From NCBI GenBank assembly GCA_963663035.1, contig OY760074.1, positions 1,920,001-1,984,000 on the forward strand: DNA of 64,000 nucleotides, in the 5' to 3' direction. Source of the DNA: Acidobacteriota bacterium. Lineage in GTDB: Bacteria > Acidobacteriota > UBA6911 > RPQK01 > JADFOI01. Shown piece after piece: positions 51,718-62,941 of this stretch (positions within the stretch are counted from its first letter, which is position 1; every line of letters begins with the position of its first letter). The position numbers were made by a program, and so were the translations under genes. Under the pieces are notes generated by a model, which ran no database searches, was not told where the DNA came from, and was given only the letters and a program-made list of their open reading frames with translations.

Positions 51718-51861
51718 GTTCCAGGTTCCAAGTTCCGACTTTGGGATTTGGAATTCTGAATTTGGAATTTGTTTGGAATTTTGAATTTGGGATTTCAGCC
51801 GGTCTGTCGGCTGTTGTCAGCTGTCAGTTGTCAGCTGTCAGTTGTCAGCTGTCAGTTGTCA
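51718..51861. repeat. Compound heptamer arrays: GTTCCAR, GGAATTT/GGATTTG, TGTCAGY
   Basis: gttccag gttccaa; gggattt ggaattc tgaattt ggaattt; (tgtcagc tgtcagt)x3 including the rho stop codon. Confidence 0.85.
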
Positions 51862-53169
51862 GTGGCCCTGTTTTCCGCCGGCTGACATGGAATTGAGGAA
51901 CTCGGCATTGCTCTTGACCTTACTCAGCTTTTCAAGCAGCAATTCCATGGCCTCGGTAGCAGAGAGCGGGTTGAGAACTTTCCGCAGCACCCAGACCCGG
52001 TTTAGCGTCTCTTTATCCAGCAGCAATTCTTCCTTGCGGGTACCGGAACGATTGATATCGATAGCCGGGAAAATCCTCTTGTCCACCAGCTTGCGATCCA
52101 GATGCAACTCCAAGTTACCTGTTCCCTTGAACTCTTCGAAAATAACATCATCCATTCGGCTGCCGGTGTCAATCAGGGCGGTAGCAACAATGGTCAGACT
52201 CCCCCCTTCCTCTATGTTGCGTGCAGCACCGAAGAAGCGCTTGGGACGTTGCAAGGCATTGGAATCCACACCACCCGAGAGCACCTTGCCAGAAGGAGGA
52301 ACGATGGTGTTGTAAGCGCGGGCCAGCCGGGTGATGGAATCGAGCAGAATGACCACGTCTTTCTTGTGCTCGACCAGCCGCTTGGCCTTTTCAAGCACCA
52401 TCTCAGCCACCTGGACGTGCCGGGTAGCCGGCTCGTCAAACGTCGAGCTGATGACCTCACCCCCTACCGATCGCTCCATATCGGTCACCTCTTCGGGGCG
52501 CTCGTCGATGAGCAACACGATGAGCACGCTATCGGGATGGTTGGTGGTGATCGAGTTGGCCAGGCTCTGCAGAATCATGGTTTTTCCTGCCCGGGGCGGC
52601 GAAACGATCAATCCCCGCTGTCCTTTCCCAATCGGGGTCAGGAGATCCATGACTCGCCCTGCCAGGTTGTCCTGAGTGGTCTCCTGAATAAGTTGCTCCT
52701 CGGGATAGAGCGGTGTCAGGTTTTCGAAGAAGGTCCTCTCCCGAGCGACGTCCGCATGCTCGAAGTTAATCGCCTCCACCTTAATCAGGGCAAAGTAGCG
52801 CTCGCCCTCCTTGGGAGGCCTAACCTGTCCCGAAACCGTGTCGCCGGTTCGCAGGTCAAATTTGCGGATTTGAGACGGTGAGACGTAGATGTCATCCGGA
52901 CCAGGGAGGTAATTGTATTCGGGGGCCCTCAGGAAACCGAACCCATCGGGCAGAGTTTCCAGCACGCCTTCTGAAAAAATCAGTCCACTGCGCTCGGTTT
53001 GTGCCTTCAGGATCTGAAAGATCAGTTCCTGCTTACGCATCCCCGTTAACCCAGTAATACTCAAGTCCTTGGCAACTTGAGTCAACGCCTGGATGTTCAA
53101 TTCCTTGAGCTCTTGAATGTTCAAAGAATCCACTTTCTGTTTGACTGAGGGGGAACTTGCTTCACCCAT
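51859..53169 (-). CDS. rho: Transcription termination factor Rho
   Basis: [41 protein letters not shown]. Confidence 0.98.
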   Translation of the reverse strand: MGEASSPSVKQKVDSLNIQELKELNIQALTQVAKDLSITGLTGMRKQELIFQILKAQTERSGLIFSEGVLETLPDGFGFLRAPEYNYLPGPDDIYVSPSQIRKFDLRTGDTVSGQVRPPKEGERYFALIKVEAINFEHADVARERTFFENLTPLYPEEQLIQETTQDNLAGRVMDLLTPIGKGQRGLIVSPPRAGKTMILQSLANSITTNHPDSVLIVLLIDERPEEVTDMERSVGGEVISSTFDEPATRHVQVAEMVLEKAKRLVEHKKDVVILLDSITRLARAYNTIVPPSGKVLSGGVDSNALQRPKRFFGAARNIEEGGSLTIVATALIDTGSRMDDVIFEEFKGTGNLELHLDRKLVDKRIFPAIDINRSGTRKEELLLDKETLNRVWVLRKVLNPLSATEAMELLLEKLSKVKSNAEFLNSMSAGGKQGH

Positions 53170-53172
53170 GAC

Positions 53173-53730
53173 TTAAATCCTCTCCAGTATTCGCCACAAT
53201 TCCTTCTTCCCCATTCCTGTGGCGGCGGAATAAGGGATTACACCACAATGGAAAACGTTTTTCATCCTATTTAGAGACTTTTGAAGCTGATGGGACGACA
53301 GCTTGTCAACCTTGGTTGCAACAACCTGGAATGGAATGCTGAACTGTTCGAGCCACTGTTTCATGACCCGGTCCAGTTCAGTCGGCTCATGGCGAGCATC
53401 CACGATCATAACCGTCAGCTTCAGGTTCTCGTCCTCTCTCAGAAATTCCTCAATCATCACTCCCCAACGGGCCCGAATGTTGGCTGGAACCTTGGCAAAT
53501 CCATAACCCGGCAAGTCTGTAAAAATCCATCTGTCATTGACATTGAAAAAGTTGATGACCTGGGTGCGCCCTGGTGTGGCACTGGTCCTGGCCAAACCCT
53601 TTTTACCCACCAGATTATTAATTAAGCTGGATTTTCCAACATTTGATCTTCCCGAAAACGCGATCTTGGGAAGCTGCAGCTGAGGATATTCCCCTTTGTG
53701 AGTCGCGCTTTTGAGAAAGTGAACAACCAC
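53173..53730 (-). CDS. engB: GTP-binding protein EngB/YsxC
   Basis: GRSNVGKSS, PGRT, DLPGYG, TKVDK. Confidence 0.95.
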   Translation of the reverse strand: MVVHFLKSATHKGEYPQLQLPKIAFSGRSNVGKSSLINNLVGKKGLARTSATPGRTQVINFFNVNDRWIFTDLPGYGFAKVPANIRARWGVMIEEFLREDENLKLTVMIVDARHEPTELDRVMKQWLEQFSIPFQVVATKVDKLSSHQLQKSLNRMKNVFHCGVIPYSAATGMGKKELWRILERI

Positions 53731-53868
53731 TGACGGCTAACAGTTTACCACTAACAAAGCAGAATCACGATTCGTGGAATGCCAAATCTTGAATTGACAG
53801 CTCTGTGTCACACGTTGTTTGGATTTATGTCGTCAATTGCCAGTTGTCAACTGTCTGCGGCTAGCTGT

Positions 53869-56289
53869 TCAGTGGACGCCGGGACGATCTCCCTCCTTGA
53901 TCTGAGGAGGTCGCTGTTCTTTCACCACTTCTTCTCGGTCCTTTTTGCGGATGGGTCCTTCAAATGCGATGTCCAAAACCTCATCCATGGTATCGACGAG
54001 CACAATCTTAACATCTTCCAGGACCGAGGTGGGAATTTCTTTCAAATCTTTCTCATTGTCTCTTGGTAAAATAACCGTCTTTATACCGCCCCGGTGAGCG
54101 GCCAGCACTTTCTCTTTGACTCCACCAATGGGCAAGACCTTACCTCGCAGTGTGATTTCACCGGTCATGGCTACGTCACGGCGCACGGGAACGCCAGCCA
54201 GTGCCGATATAATCGTAGTGGCCAGGGCAATCCCCGCAGAAGGCCCATCTTTCGGAATAGCACCTTCGGGAACATGGATATGAAGATCCAGTAACTTGTG
54301 GAAATCCCTTCCCAAACCAAACTCGCTACTCCGGGAGCGGACAAAGGACAATGCCGCTTTGGCCGATTCCTGCATCACCTCACCGAGCTTGCCGGTGAGC
54401 GTCAGGTTACCCTTTCCTTTCATGGTGGTCGCTTCGGTCAGAAGGACTTCACCGCCCACCTCGGTCCAGGCCAAACCGGTGGCCAAACCGACTTCACTGG
54501 CCTCTGCGACCAAGGGCTGACGGTATCTTTGAACACCCAGAAGCTCCCCCACTACCTTTGGGGCGATGACGGACTTTTTGTGTTCCTTTTTCTTTCCTTT
54601 GGCCACTACAACCTGGCGGGCCACTTTACGGCAAACGTTGGCGATCTCTCGCTCAAGACTGCGAACGCCCGACTCACGCGTAAAGCTACGGATAATTTCC
54701 AGAATGCCTTCCTCGCTGAACTCAATATTGGAGGGCTTCAGACCCTGCTTTTTTAACTGCTTCTTGACCAGGTACTGTGTGGCAATGTTCAATTTTTCCA
54801 ACTCAGTGTAACCGGAGATGTGGACAACTTCCATCCGGTCTTGAAGCGGCCGCGGAATGGTATGAAGCACGTTAGCGGTGCAAATAAACATGACGTTGGA
54901 AAGATCGAATTCGGTATCCAGATAGTGGTCGACAAAGGTACGGTTGTGTTCCGGATCCAGCACTTCCATTAACGCCGCTGAGGGATCGCCGCGAAAATCC
55001 ATGCTCATCTTGTCCACTTCGTCCATCAGGAACACCGGATTCTTGGTGCCTGCCTTCTTCATCATCTGGATGATCTGGCCTGGCAGGGCGCCGATATAGG
55101 TCCTGCGGTGTCCGCGAATCTCCGCCTCATCCCGGACTCCACCCAGCGAGAGCCTGACAAACTTGCGCCCGGTAGCGTGAGCGATGGAACTTCCCAAGGA
55201 ACTCTTTCCCACTCCCGGAGCACCCACGAAGCAGAGGACTGATCCCTGCTGTGTCTTGGCAGAAAGTTGCCGAACCGCCAGAAACTCCAGGATACGCTCT
55301 TTCACTTTCTCGAGCCCATAATGATCTTCATTTAAAGCGCGCTCGGCCCGCAGCAGATCCTTGATCTCACGACTTCTCTTACTCCACGGCATGCTGACCA
55401 GCCAATCGATATAAGTGCGACTGACAGTCGTCTCAGCACTCATAGGAGGCATCTGCTCCAGACGCTGAATCTCGTTGGTCGCTTTTTCATGAGCGTCTTT
55501 CGGCATCTTCGCCTCTTCGACCTTTTTCTTCAGCTGTTCGATCTCATCTTTCTCGTTTCTTCCCAGCTCCTTCTGGATGGCCTTCATTTTTTCGCTCAGA
55601 TAGTACTCGCGCTGGGCCTTTTCCATCTGGCGACGCACACGGCCTTGAAGAGACTTGTCCATCTTGACCTTGTCGATCTCGATGTCAATGAACTCGCATA
55701 TCTTCTCGATCCGCTGGGCAGGATCGGCGATCTCCAGCAAGGCCTGCTTGTCTTCCACCGAAATGGGCAGATTGGCTGCAATGGTATCGGCGAGACGGTC
55801 GGCCTCGCTGCTGTGTGCCGCCTGAATTATCGTCTCATCGTTAATGTTCGGATTGAGCTTGGCAAATTCCTCAAAGAGAGAATTCAACCGCTTGGTCAAC
55901 AGGCTCAGCTTGGAAGGGGAGACTTTGGACACCGGATCGAACTTCACTTCCGCCTGAAAAAACCCGTCCACTTCCTCCACCCGAACAGCTCGCGCTCGCC
56001 GCAGACCTTCAACCAGAACCTTAATATTGCCATCGGGAAGTTTGAGGCTCTGAACGATATTGGCTGCTGTCCCGACCGGATAGATGTCAGCAGAGGTAGG
56101 ATTATCCATGGAGGCGTCGATCTGGGTGGCCAGATAGATCTTCTTGTCGGACTCCAGAGCCCTCTCCAAAGCCAACACCGAGGAGTGGCGCCCGATGACG
56201 AAGGGGACCATCATGTAAGGAAAGACCACCACGTCCCGGATCGGAACCATGGGATAGATTTCAGTCACTTTCTCGTCTAAGTTTGTCAT
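53869..56289 (-). CDS. lon: Lon protease
   Basis: LON N-domain, [32 protein letters not shown]. Confidence 0.97.
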   Translation of the reverse strand: MTNLDEKVTEIYPMVPIRDVVVFPYMMVPFVIGRHSSVLALERALESDKKIYLATQIDASMDNPTSADIYPVGTAANIVQSLKLPDGNIKVLVEGLRRARAVRVEEVDGFFQAEVKFDPVSKVSPSKLSLLTKRLNSLFEEFAKLNPNINDETIIQAAHSSEADRLADTIAANLPISVEDKQALLEIADPAQRIEKICEFIDIEIDKVKMDKSLQGRVRRQMEKAQREYYLSEKMKAIQKELGRNEKDEIEQLKKKVEEAKMPKDAHEKATNEIQRLEQMPPMSAETTVSRTYIDWLVSMPWSKRSREIKDLLRAERALNEDHYGLEKVKERILEFLAVRQLSAKTQQGSVLCFVGAPGVGKSSLGSSIAHATGRKFVRLSLGGVRDEAEIRGHRRTYIGALPGQIIQMMKKAGTKNPVFLMDEVDKMSMDFRGDPSAALMEVLDPEHNRTFVDHYLDTEFDLSNVMFICTANVLHTIPRPLQDRMEVVHISGYTELEKLNIATQYLVKKQLKKQGLKPSNIEFSEEGILEIIRSFTRESGVRSLEREIANVCRKVARQVVVAKGKKKEHKKSVIAPKVVGELLGVQRYRQPLVAEASEVGLATGLAWTEVGGEVLLTEATTMKGKGNLTLTGKLGEVMQESAKAALSFVRSRSSEFGLGRDFHKLLDLHIHVPEGAIPKDGPSAGIALATTIISALAGVPVRRDVAMTGEITLRGKVLPIGGVKEKVLAAHRGGIKTVILPRDNEKDLKEIPTSVLEDVKIVLVDTMDEVLDIAFEGPIRKKDREEVVKEQRPPQIKEGDRPGVH

Positions 56290-56471
56290 GCCTTAAAAGG
56301 AACGAACCTTCGATTCTCTCTTCTCTAGATACACTCCCAACACAAACGTTTCAACCGTAAACAGACCATGTATCACTCCGTACTGACCATTTCAGGGTGC
56401 ACAAACCATTCCCAAAATCTCTTCACAGGGAATTCCGAGAATCTCACCGATCAGCAGGATGTGCTCAGCGA

Positions 56472-57722
56472 CTATCCAGCCTTTTCAAGCAGCTTGAACA
56501 CGACCTCTTTGTTTTCGACCATCTCGCGGGTGACCACAAACTCTTTCACCTTCTTGGTCGACGGAAGTTCGAACATCACATCTAACATAAGATCTTCTGT
56601 GATCAACCGCAAGCCCCGAGCACCGATTTTTCTCTCCAGCGCCTTTTCTGCGATGGTATCCAGTGCGTCGGCGGTAAACTTGAGAGAAACACCCTCGAAT
56701 TCAAACATTTTCAAATACTGCTTGACCAGGGCGTCGGTTGGCTCGGTGAGAATTTGGACTAGCGCTTCTTTGTCGAGCTCGTGCAAGTTGCAAATAATGG
56801 GAAGCCTTCCCACAAACTCTGGAATTAATCCATACTTTATGAGGTCCTCGGGTAAGATTTCCTCCAGGATCTCCGATTCCTCTGCATTTCTCCAGCGAGA
56901 AGAGCTCAACTCTGCGTTGAACCCGACGCAACTTCGCCCCAACCGATTCTGAATGACCTTGTCCAACCCCACGAAGGCTCCGCCGCAAACAAAAAGGATG
57001 TTGGTGGTGTCGATCTGCACAAATTCCTGATGCGGATGCTTGCGACCTCCTTGTGGGGGAACATTGGCCGTCGTTCCTTCCAGGATTTTCAGAAGGGCTT
57101 GCTGCACCCCTTCACCGGAAACGTCGCGTGTGATGGAAGGGTTCTCATCTTTTCTCGAAATTTTATCGATTTCGTCGATGTAGATAATTCCTTGCATGCA
57201 GCGGTCGCGGTCACCTCCAGCAGCCTGCAGGAGTTTGAGAATAATGTTCTCTACGTCCTCGCCCACATATCCGGCTTCGGTCAGGGTCGTTGCATCGACA
57301 ATAGCAAAAGGAACGGAGAGCATGCGGGCCAGAGTCTGGGCAAGCAAGGTCTTTCCAGTCCCCGTGGGACCGATCAACAGCACATTGCTTTTGGCCAGCT
57401 CTACATCGTGGTGGCGACGCCGGCTGATTTTGATTCTCTTGTAATGGTTGTAGACTGCAACAGCCAGCTTCCTCTTGCAGACCTCCTGGCCGATCACATA
57501 TTGATCAAGGAAATCCTTAATCTCGATTGGCTTAGGAATAGCTTCTTTGACGGAGGAACCTTCCGCCGTCACGTCGTCGCAGATTATTTCGTTGCAGACA
57601 TCGACGCACTCGTCGCAGATAAAAACGGTCGGACCGGCGATCAGTTTCTTAACGTCATTCTGACTTTTGTTGCAGAACGAGCAGTGCAGGACCTCATCTG
57701 CGTCTTTCTTCATGGTTGTCAC
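56472..57722 (-). CDS. clpX: ClpX ATPase
   Basis: CSFC..CDEC zinc finger, [27 protein letters not shown]. Confidence 0.98.
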   Translation of the reverse strand: MTTMKKDADEVLHCSFCNKSQNDVKKLIAGPTVFICDECVDVCNEIICDDVTAEGSSVKEAIPKPIEIKDFLDQYVIGQEVCKRKLAVAVYNHYKRIKISRRRHHDVELAKSNVLLIGPTGTGKTLLAQTLARMLSVPFAIVDATTLTEAGYVGEDVENIILKLLQAAGGDRDRCMQGIIYIDEIDKISRKDENPSITRDVSGEGVQQALLKILEGTTANVPPQGGRKHPHQEFVQIDTTNILFVCGGAFVGLDKVIQNRLGRSCVGFNAELSSSRWRNAEESEILEEILPEDLIKYGLIPEFVGRLPIICNLHELDKEALVQILTEPTDALVKQYLKMFEFEGVSLKFTADALDTIAEKALERKIGARGLRLITEDLMLDVMFELPSTKKVKEFVVTREMVENKEVVFKLLEKAG

Positions 57723-57725
57723 GGA

Positions 57726-58346
57726 CTAGCTTTTAGTTCCTTGCTCCACGACTTCAGGAATGACATGTTTTTCGATGATCTCATCAATTATACCATATAC
57801 CTTAGCCTGCTCCGCACTCATGATAAAGTCACGTTCCACATCTTCCGCAATTCGCTCCGTTTTCTGTCCGGTGTGCTTTGCAAGAATCTCATTGGTCATC
57901 TCTCGCATTCGAAGGATCTCTTTAGCATGAATATCGATGTCGGTTGCCTGTCCGGAGAGTCCTGTTATGGAAGGCTGGTGGATCAAGATCCTACTGTTTG
58001 GCAACGAGAACCGCTTCCCTTGAGTCCCAGCCGTAAGAATCAGGGCTCCCATCGAAGCCGCTTGTCCGATGCAGATTGTGGTCACATCGTTTTTCACAAA
58101 CTGCATGGTATCGTAGATCGCCAGTCCAGCAGTGATCGATCCTCCAGGCGAATTGATGTACAGGGAGATATCCCGATTGGGGTCTTCCGCCATCAGAAAC
58201 AATAGCTGGGCGATAACCAGGTTGGCCACTTGGTCCTCTACGGGTGTCCCCACAAAAATAATATTGTCTTTGAGCAGCCGCGAGTAAATGTCGTAAGCAC
58301 GTTCACCTCGGTTCGTTTGCTCAACCACCATCGGAATGAGAACCAT
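57726..58346 (-). CDS. clpP: ClpP protease
   Basis: [27 protein letters not shown]. Confidence 0.98.
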   Translation of the reverse strand: MVLIPMVVEQTNRGERAYDIYSRLLKDNIIFVGTPVEDQVANLVIAQLLFLMAEDPNRDISLYINSPGGSITAGLAIYDTMQFVKNDVTTICIGQAASMGALILTAGTQGKRFSLPNSRILIHQPSITGLSGQATDIDIHAKEILRMREMTNEILAKHTGQKTERIAEDVERDFIMSAEQAKVYGIIDEIIEKHVIPEVVEQGTKS

Positions 58347-58407
58347 TGCGCTACTCCTCCCCTGCTATTATCGATAAGACCGCGGACAACAGCCGGCAGA
58401 CCGGCTG

Positions 58408-58546
58408 AAATCCAAGATCTCAAATCCCAAATCACCGCCGGCCGAAGGCCGCCGGAAATTCAAAATCCCAAATCCTAAACTTGAACCCTGACCACTGGCA
58501 ACAGACCTCCTGACTCCTGTCTCCTGACTCCTGTCTCCTGTCTCCT
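58408..58546. repeat. Compound heptamer arrays (AAATCCM)n and (CTCCTGW)n between tig and clpP
   Basis: aaatcca agatctc aaatccc; aaattca aaatccc aaatcct; ctcctga ctcctgt repeats. Confidence 0.8.
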
Positions 58547-58555
58547 TCTCTTGTG

Positions 58556-59854
58556 TCACCCTTTCACCTTTGCACTTTCCAAGAGCATCTCCAGTACCTT
58601 GCCACGAATCAAGCGGGCTTTTTCTTCCTCCATCCGATTCTCCTGCTGAAAGTATTGTCGCACTTTTTCCTTTGGCTGGTTCATGGAATCAGCCATCTTT
58701 TCCAGTTCCTGCTCCAGTTCTTGAGTGGAAATCTCAATTTTCTCGCGACGACCAATTTCACTCAGGATCATGCTTCCCCTCACCTGCTGCTCCGCCTGGG
58801 GCCGGAAATCCTTTCGAACCTTCACCCAGTCCACCTTGGCCCGACTGGGGTCAAGCCCCTGGGAGGCCATTCGGTAAGCCAGATCTGTGAGCATTCCGTC
58901 AGTCCGCTCCTTGACGAGAATCTCTGGAAGTTCAAAACTCGAGTTCTTACCCAACTCTTCCAAGAGCTTATTTCCCAAATCCCTTTCCCGATTTCTTTCC
59001 CGCTCGACACTCAAACGTTCCCTGATCTTCTCCTGCAACTCCTTCAGCGTCTCGTAGTCACCCAGGTCCTTGGCAAACGCGTCATTCAGTTCCGGGAGTT
59101 CCTTCTTCTTAATGTCACTCACTTGCACTGTGAAAGCCACCTTGTGCCCAGCCAGTTTCTTTTCCGGGTAATCGGAATCGTACTCGACTTCAAATTCCTT
59201 CTCCTCACCCCTATCTGTCCCCGCCAGAGCTTTCGTGAAAGCCTCATGGGTGTGTTCATCGCCTATCTGAACCATCACGTTTTCTTCCTGGAATGACTCG
59301 CGGGTATCACCACCCTCTTCCACATCGAGGTACGCGCCCACAAGGTCAATAATCACAAAATCTCCCTCCTCTGCGGGCCCCTTCTCGACCGAGACCAGGG
59401 AGGAGTGCTCATCACGCAACTTCTCCACTTCCTGCTCAACCTTTTCTTGAGTCACAGGCTTCGATTCGGCAGTGACCTCAAGGCCCTTGTAGGCGGGAAG
59501 CTCGATTTCCGGATGAATCTCAAAGTTGGCCTCGTAGACCAGCGGGTTTCCCTCCTCAAAGGTCAGGTTTTCCAGACTGGGCTGACCGAGCGGTTGAACC
59601 CCCTTTTCCCGGATCGCCTGGTCGTAGGAGTCAGCAACCAACTTCTGCACAACATCGCTGCGAATATCCTTTCGATAGTGCCGCTTGACGAGCTCAACTG
59701 GCGCCTTTCCCTGACGAAATCCAGGAAGCCGCGCCCGCCGCTTATAGGCTCCAGCGACCTCATCAAATTCCTTCAGAGCAAGACCCGCGGGAACCTCTAC
59801 CTTAAGGCGTTTCTTCACCGTACTCACATCTTCAAGCTCCACACTGATCTCCAT
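58556..59854 (-). CDS. tig: Trigger factor
   Basis: LPGFRQGKAP, PEIELPAYKGL, FKBP-like domain, LPELNDAFAK; precedes clpP. Confidence 0.95.
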   Translation of the reverse strand: MEISVELEDVSTVKKRLKVEVPAGLALKEFDEVAGAYKRRARLPGFRQGKAPVELVKRHYRKDIRSDVVQKLVADSYDQAIREKGVQPLGQPSLENLTFEEGNPLVYEANFEIHPEIELPAYKGLEVTAESKPVTQEKVEQEVEKLRDEHSSLVSVEKGPAEEGDFVIIDLVGAYLDVEEGGDTRESFQEENVMVQIGDEHTHEAFTKALAGTDRGEEKEFEVEYDSDYPEKKLAGHKVAFTVQVSDIKKKELPELNDAFAKDLGDYETLKELQEKIRERLSVERERNRERDLGNKLLEELGKNSSFELPEILVKERTDGMLTDLAYRMASQGLDPSRAKVDWVKVRKDFRPQAEQQVRGSMILSEIGRREKIEISTQELEQELEKMADSMNQPKEKVRQYFQQENRMEEEKARLIRGKVLEMLLESAKVKG

Positions 59855-59949
59855 GGGAATGTTATTGTACCACCCGACTTCGCCACGCGCTCAGAACGAG
59901 CGTTTCAGCTTTCAAGTTTCAGGTTTTGTCAGTTGTCAGTTGTCGCCTG

Positions 59950-61941
59950 TCAGTGGTTCGTCATCTCCAGCAGCTTGCCCAGGGTTTCCATGACCTGAGG
60001 GTCAAACTTCCCCTTCTTGGCATCTCGCTGCATCTCCGCGAAGGCCGCCCGATGGTCCCATCGATCCCGGTAAGGCCGCCAGGAGGTGAGAGCATCGTAG
60101 GTGTCTGCCACGGCCAGAATACGAGCACCCATCGGGACTTGATCTCCAGCCAAACCTAACGGGTAGCCCGATCCGTGTAAACTCTCATGGCTGGCCTCGA
60201 TGATTTCAAAAAGGACCTTATTTTGATAACCCATCTGTCTCAACACGCGAACCGATTCCCGGCTGTGTTTGGTCACTTCTTCAAACTCTTCCTTGCTCAA
60301 ACTTCCGGCCCGATTGAGAAGATGGTGGGGAACAATCACCTTTCCCAGATCGGCCAGGTAGCCCGCTTGTAGAATGTCTAGTTTCTCCTGAGCACTCAGG
60401 TCAAGGCTGTCAGCCACTGCATAGGACAGGAAGCCGACCACACGCGAATGACCGATGGAGCCATCGAGGGCTTCAACCGGAAGAAGGATGTCCTCCGGGT
60501 AGACAAACAGTTTATCCACTTCCTCCTGATACCGGTCATGGAGCTTCTGGGGAATCTTTTCCCGATCCTCCAGAGGCTTTTTTAGCCCCAGGACCTCGTA
60601 TAGATACAGTCTGTCTTTCTTACCCCGGATGGAGACCGCATCCATTTGATTCATCTTTAAAGTGGTCTCGGCGTAGGCCAGCTTGACCTTGTCATCCTTG
60701 GGATCCTCTTGCAGCGCTTTGCCCAGATGCTCATGAGCCTGCAAGAGGTAATCGCCCTTGAGAAAGAGAAATCCGAGCTTCTTCATCAAGTCCACATCGT
60801 CTGGCCTTTTTTCCAGCTGCTGAGAGTAATCAGCGACTTCCTTCACAAAGTCTGGATCCTCGGATTCGCTGTGTGCGAAAACGGTCTTCCTTCGCACCTC
60901 CACAAAGCGGTTAACTTCCTCGTAGGTGGAAGAATCGATGGTGATCATTCCTGGATCACATAACTCCTGGATCCTTGAGGCCAGGTTGACCACGTCCCCG
61001 ATGGCGGTGTAGGTCTGTCGCCTATGGCCAATCAGCCCAATGATCGGTTCTCCAGTAGAAATTCCGATACGCATCTGCCAGGGGAAATCCCCATTGGCGA
61101 TCCGCTCCTGCATCTTCAGCCCGGCGATGGTCGCCATCAAAGCGTGTCTTTGATAGTCAATGGGGGCCCCAAACTCCACCATAATGCCATCACCCATATA
61201 TTTGTCGATGTGGGCACGGTAATCCAAAAGAACCTCTTCCATTTCCTCAAGCAGTCTGTTGAGATCGGTAATAACCAGTTCGGGTCTTCTCTCCTCCGAA
61301 AATTTGGTGAAGTCTTTCAGATCGGAAAACAGAATGCTCACTTTTCTTTTCTCGGTGCGAAGCCTTTTCTCGATGATCAGCTTGACGACCGAGGCATCCA
61401 TAGTCGAGTAGAGGGCATCCTCCACCTTCTTCTTCAGCTCTTCGACAGCTCCCTTCGATTTCTCCAGGCTTTCAGTCCTCTCTAGCACCTTTTCTTCCAG
61501 GTTCTCTGCATGATCTCGAAGCTCCCGGTCAGCCACCTCAATTCTTGCCTGGCTATCCTCCAGATTCCGATTCAGGGCTCTCACCTGCTCCACTTCCGTC
61601 TTCAAGCGGGTGGTCAGTTGCCCCACCACAGCTCCCGTCAGGATCAGAAAGCTGGACCAGGCCACGATATTCATCCACAGGTCAAGATGACTAAAAGCAG
61701 GCATGAAGGAGGCGGGAAACAGATAGGCATACAGAGCGACGATCAGGGTACAAAGGACACCGCCTAGAAGTGCCCTTCGCACCCCCAGGTAATAGGCTCC
61801 AAGCAGGATGGGAATAAAATAGAAGTTCAGAAAAGCCAGCTTATAGGGAATCAGGTAGTTGATGCCGGCTACGCTGACCAAGATGAGGAGAACAAAAGCC
61901 TGTTCAAAATTCCTGATCAGGTAATTCCTGATAGCGTCCAA
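59950..61941 (-). CDS. Membrane-bound class III adenylate cyclase with TPR-like insert and degenerate HD-GYP domain
   Basis: About 4 TM, coiled coil, LFSDLKDFT, DKYMGDG, YTAIGDVVNLASR; C-terminal ADLGK, HESLHGSGYP, ADTYDAL. Confidence 0.88.
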   Translation of the reverse strand: MDAIRNYLIRNFEQAFVLLILVSVAGINYLIPYKLAFLNFYFIPILLGAYYLGVRRALLGGVLCTLIVALYAYLFPASFMPAFSHLDLWMNIVAWSSFLILTGAVVGQLTTRLKTEVEQVRALNRNLEDSQARIEVADRELRDHAENLEEKVLERTESLEKSKGAVEELKKKVEDALYSTMDASVVKLIIEKRLRTEKRKVSILFSDLKDFTKFSEERRPELVITDLNRLLEEMEEVLLDYRAHIDKYMGDGIMVEFGAPIDYQRHALMATIAGLKMQERIANGDFPWQMRIGISTGEPIIGLIGHRRQTYTAIGDVVNLASRIQELCDPGMITIDSSTYEEVNRFVEVRRKTVFAHSESEDPDFVKEVADYSQQLEKRPDDVDLMKKLGFLFLKGDYLLQAHEHLGKALQEDPKDDKVKLAYAETTLKMNQMDAVSIRGKKDRLYLYEVLGLKKPLEDREKIPQKLHDRYQEEVDKLFVYPEDILLPVEALDGSIGHSRVVGFLSYAVADSLDLSAQEKLDILQAGYLADLGKVIVPHHLLNRAGSLSKEEFEEVTKHSRESVRVLRQMGYQNKVLFEIIEASHESLHGSGYPLGLAGDQVPMGARILAVADTYDALTSWRPYRDRWDHRAAFAEMQRDAKKGKFDPQVMETLGKLLEMTNH

Positions 61942-62071
61942 TAATCAATCCTCTTCGCCCTCCCCCCTTCATTACACACCTTGCAAGGTTTGAAATCAAG
62001 AATTTTCCAAGACTAAGTGCTCCCTTCCATAAATGGGGTAATGTTTGCAGAAGGGGCTTGGCATACTGTGA

Positions 62072-62101
62072 TTGACAGGAAAGAGACAGAATCAATAGAA
62101 T
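62072..62101 (+). promoter_or_regulatory. Promoter of tRNA-Lys
   Basis: TTGACA-18 nt-TAGAAT. Confidence 0.7.
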
Positions 62102-62130
62102 CAATTTCTTTCTTTTGGAAGCAGACAAGT

Positions 62131-62206
<76 letters not shown>

Positions 62207-62236
62207 TCCCGTGGATCATCCCGCGATGAGAGTGCC

Positions 62237-62941
62237 ATGATCTCATCCCACCGCGATTCTGGTAAGCGGTCCATCATACTGGAAACGCAGGACTTGAGCT
62301 ATGCAACCAAGGAGCGTCGCATAGTCCAGGACATCTCTCTTCAAATTCCAAGAGGAGAAGTGTTGGCCATAGTGGGTCCCAGCGGCTCGGGTAAAACCTC
62401 CTTTCTGCGACTTCTCAACCGGCTTGACGAGCCAACCGGTGGAAAAGTCTTGCTGGCCGGGAAAGATTACCGGAAGATTGCGCCTCGCATACTGCGCAGC
62501 CGAATCGGAATGGTCATGCAGATCCCCGTTCTCTTTCCCGAGACCGTTGCAGACAACCTGCAATACGGTCCACGAGCAAGAGGAGCAGAGCTTGAGGCTA
62601 CTCGCCTGGAGTCCCTTTTGAGTCACGTCGGCTTGGACGGGTACGCGAGTTGGAGTGTCCATCATCTGTCCACAGGTGAAGCTCAGCGTGTCTCGCTGGC
62701 TCGGGCTCTTGCCAACTCCCCGGAGGTCCTCCTGCTGGATGAACCGACTGCACCACTGGACGGAAAAACCAAACGCGAAGTCGAGCAGCTCATCTCTCAA
62801 ATTGTTGGTGACGAGAACTTAAGCTGCCTGATTGTCACCCATGATCTGGAGCAGGCAGCCCGTATGGCAAGCCGGGTCATGGTTTTGGAGAATGGCAAAC
62901 TCGCCAAGATAGGCGCCATCGACGAGGTATTTCATGCTTAA
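62237..62941 (+). CDS. ABC transporter ATPase (FetA/YbbL-like)
   Basis: GPSGSGKT, LSTGEAQR, LLLDEPT, VTHD. Confidence 0.92.
   Translation: MISSHRDSGKRSIILETQDLSYATKERRIVQDISLQIPRGEVLAIVGPSGSGKTSFLRLLNRLDEPTGGKVLLAGKDYRKIAPRILRSRIGMVMQIPVLFPETVADNLQYGPRARGAELEATRLESLLSHVGLDGYASWSVHHLSTGEAQRVSLARALANSPEVLLLDEPTAPLDGKTKREVEQLISQIVGDENLSCLIVTHDLEQAARMASRVMVLENGKLAKIGAIDEVFHA

Noticed and set aside
51718-51861. CRISPR array
   Set aside because: Only 7-nt tandem units with no spacers, and no cas genes in the window.
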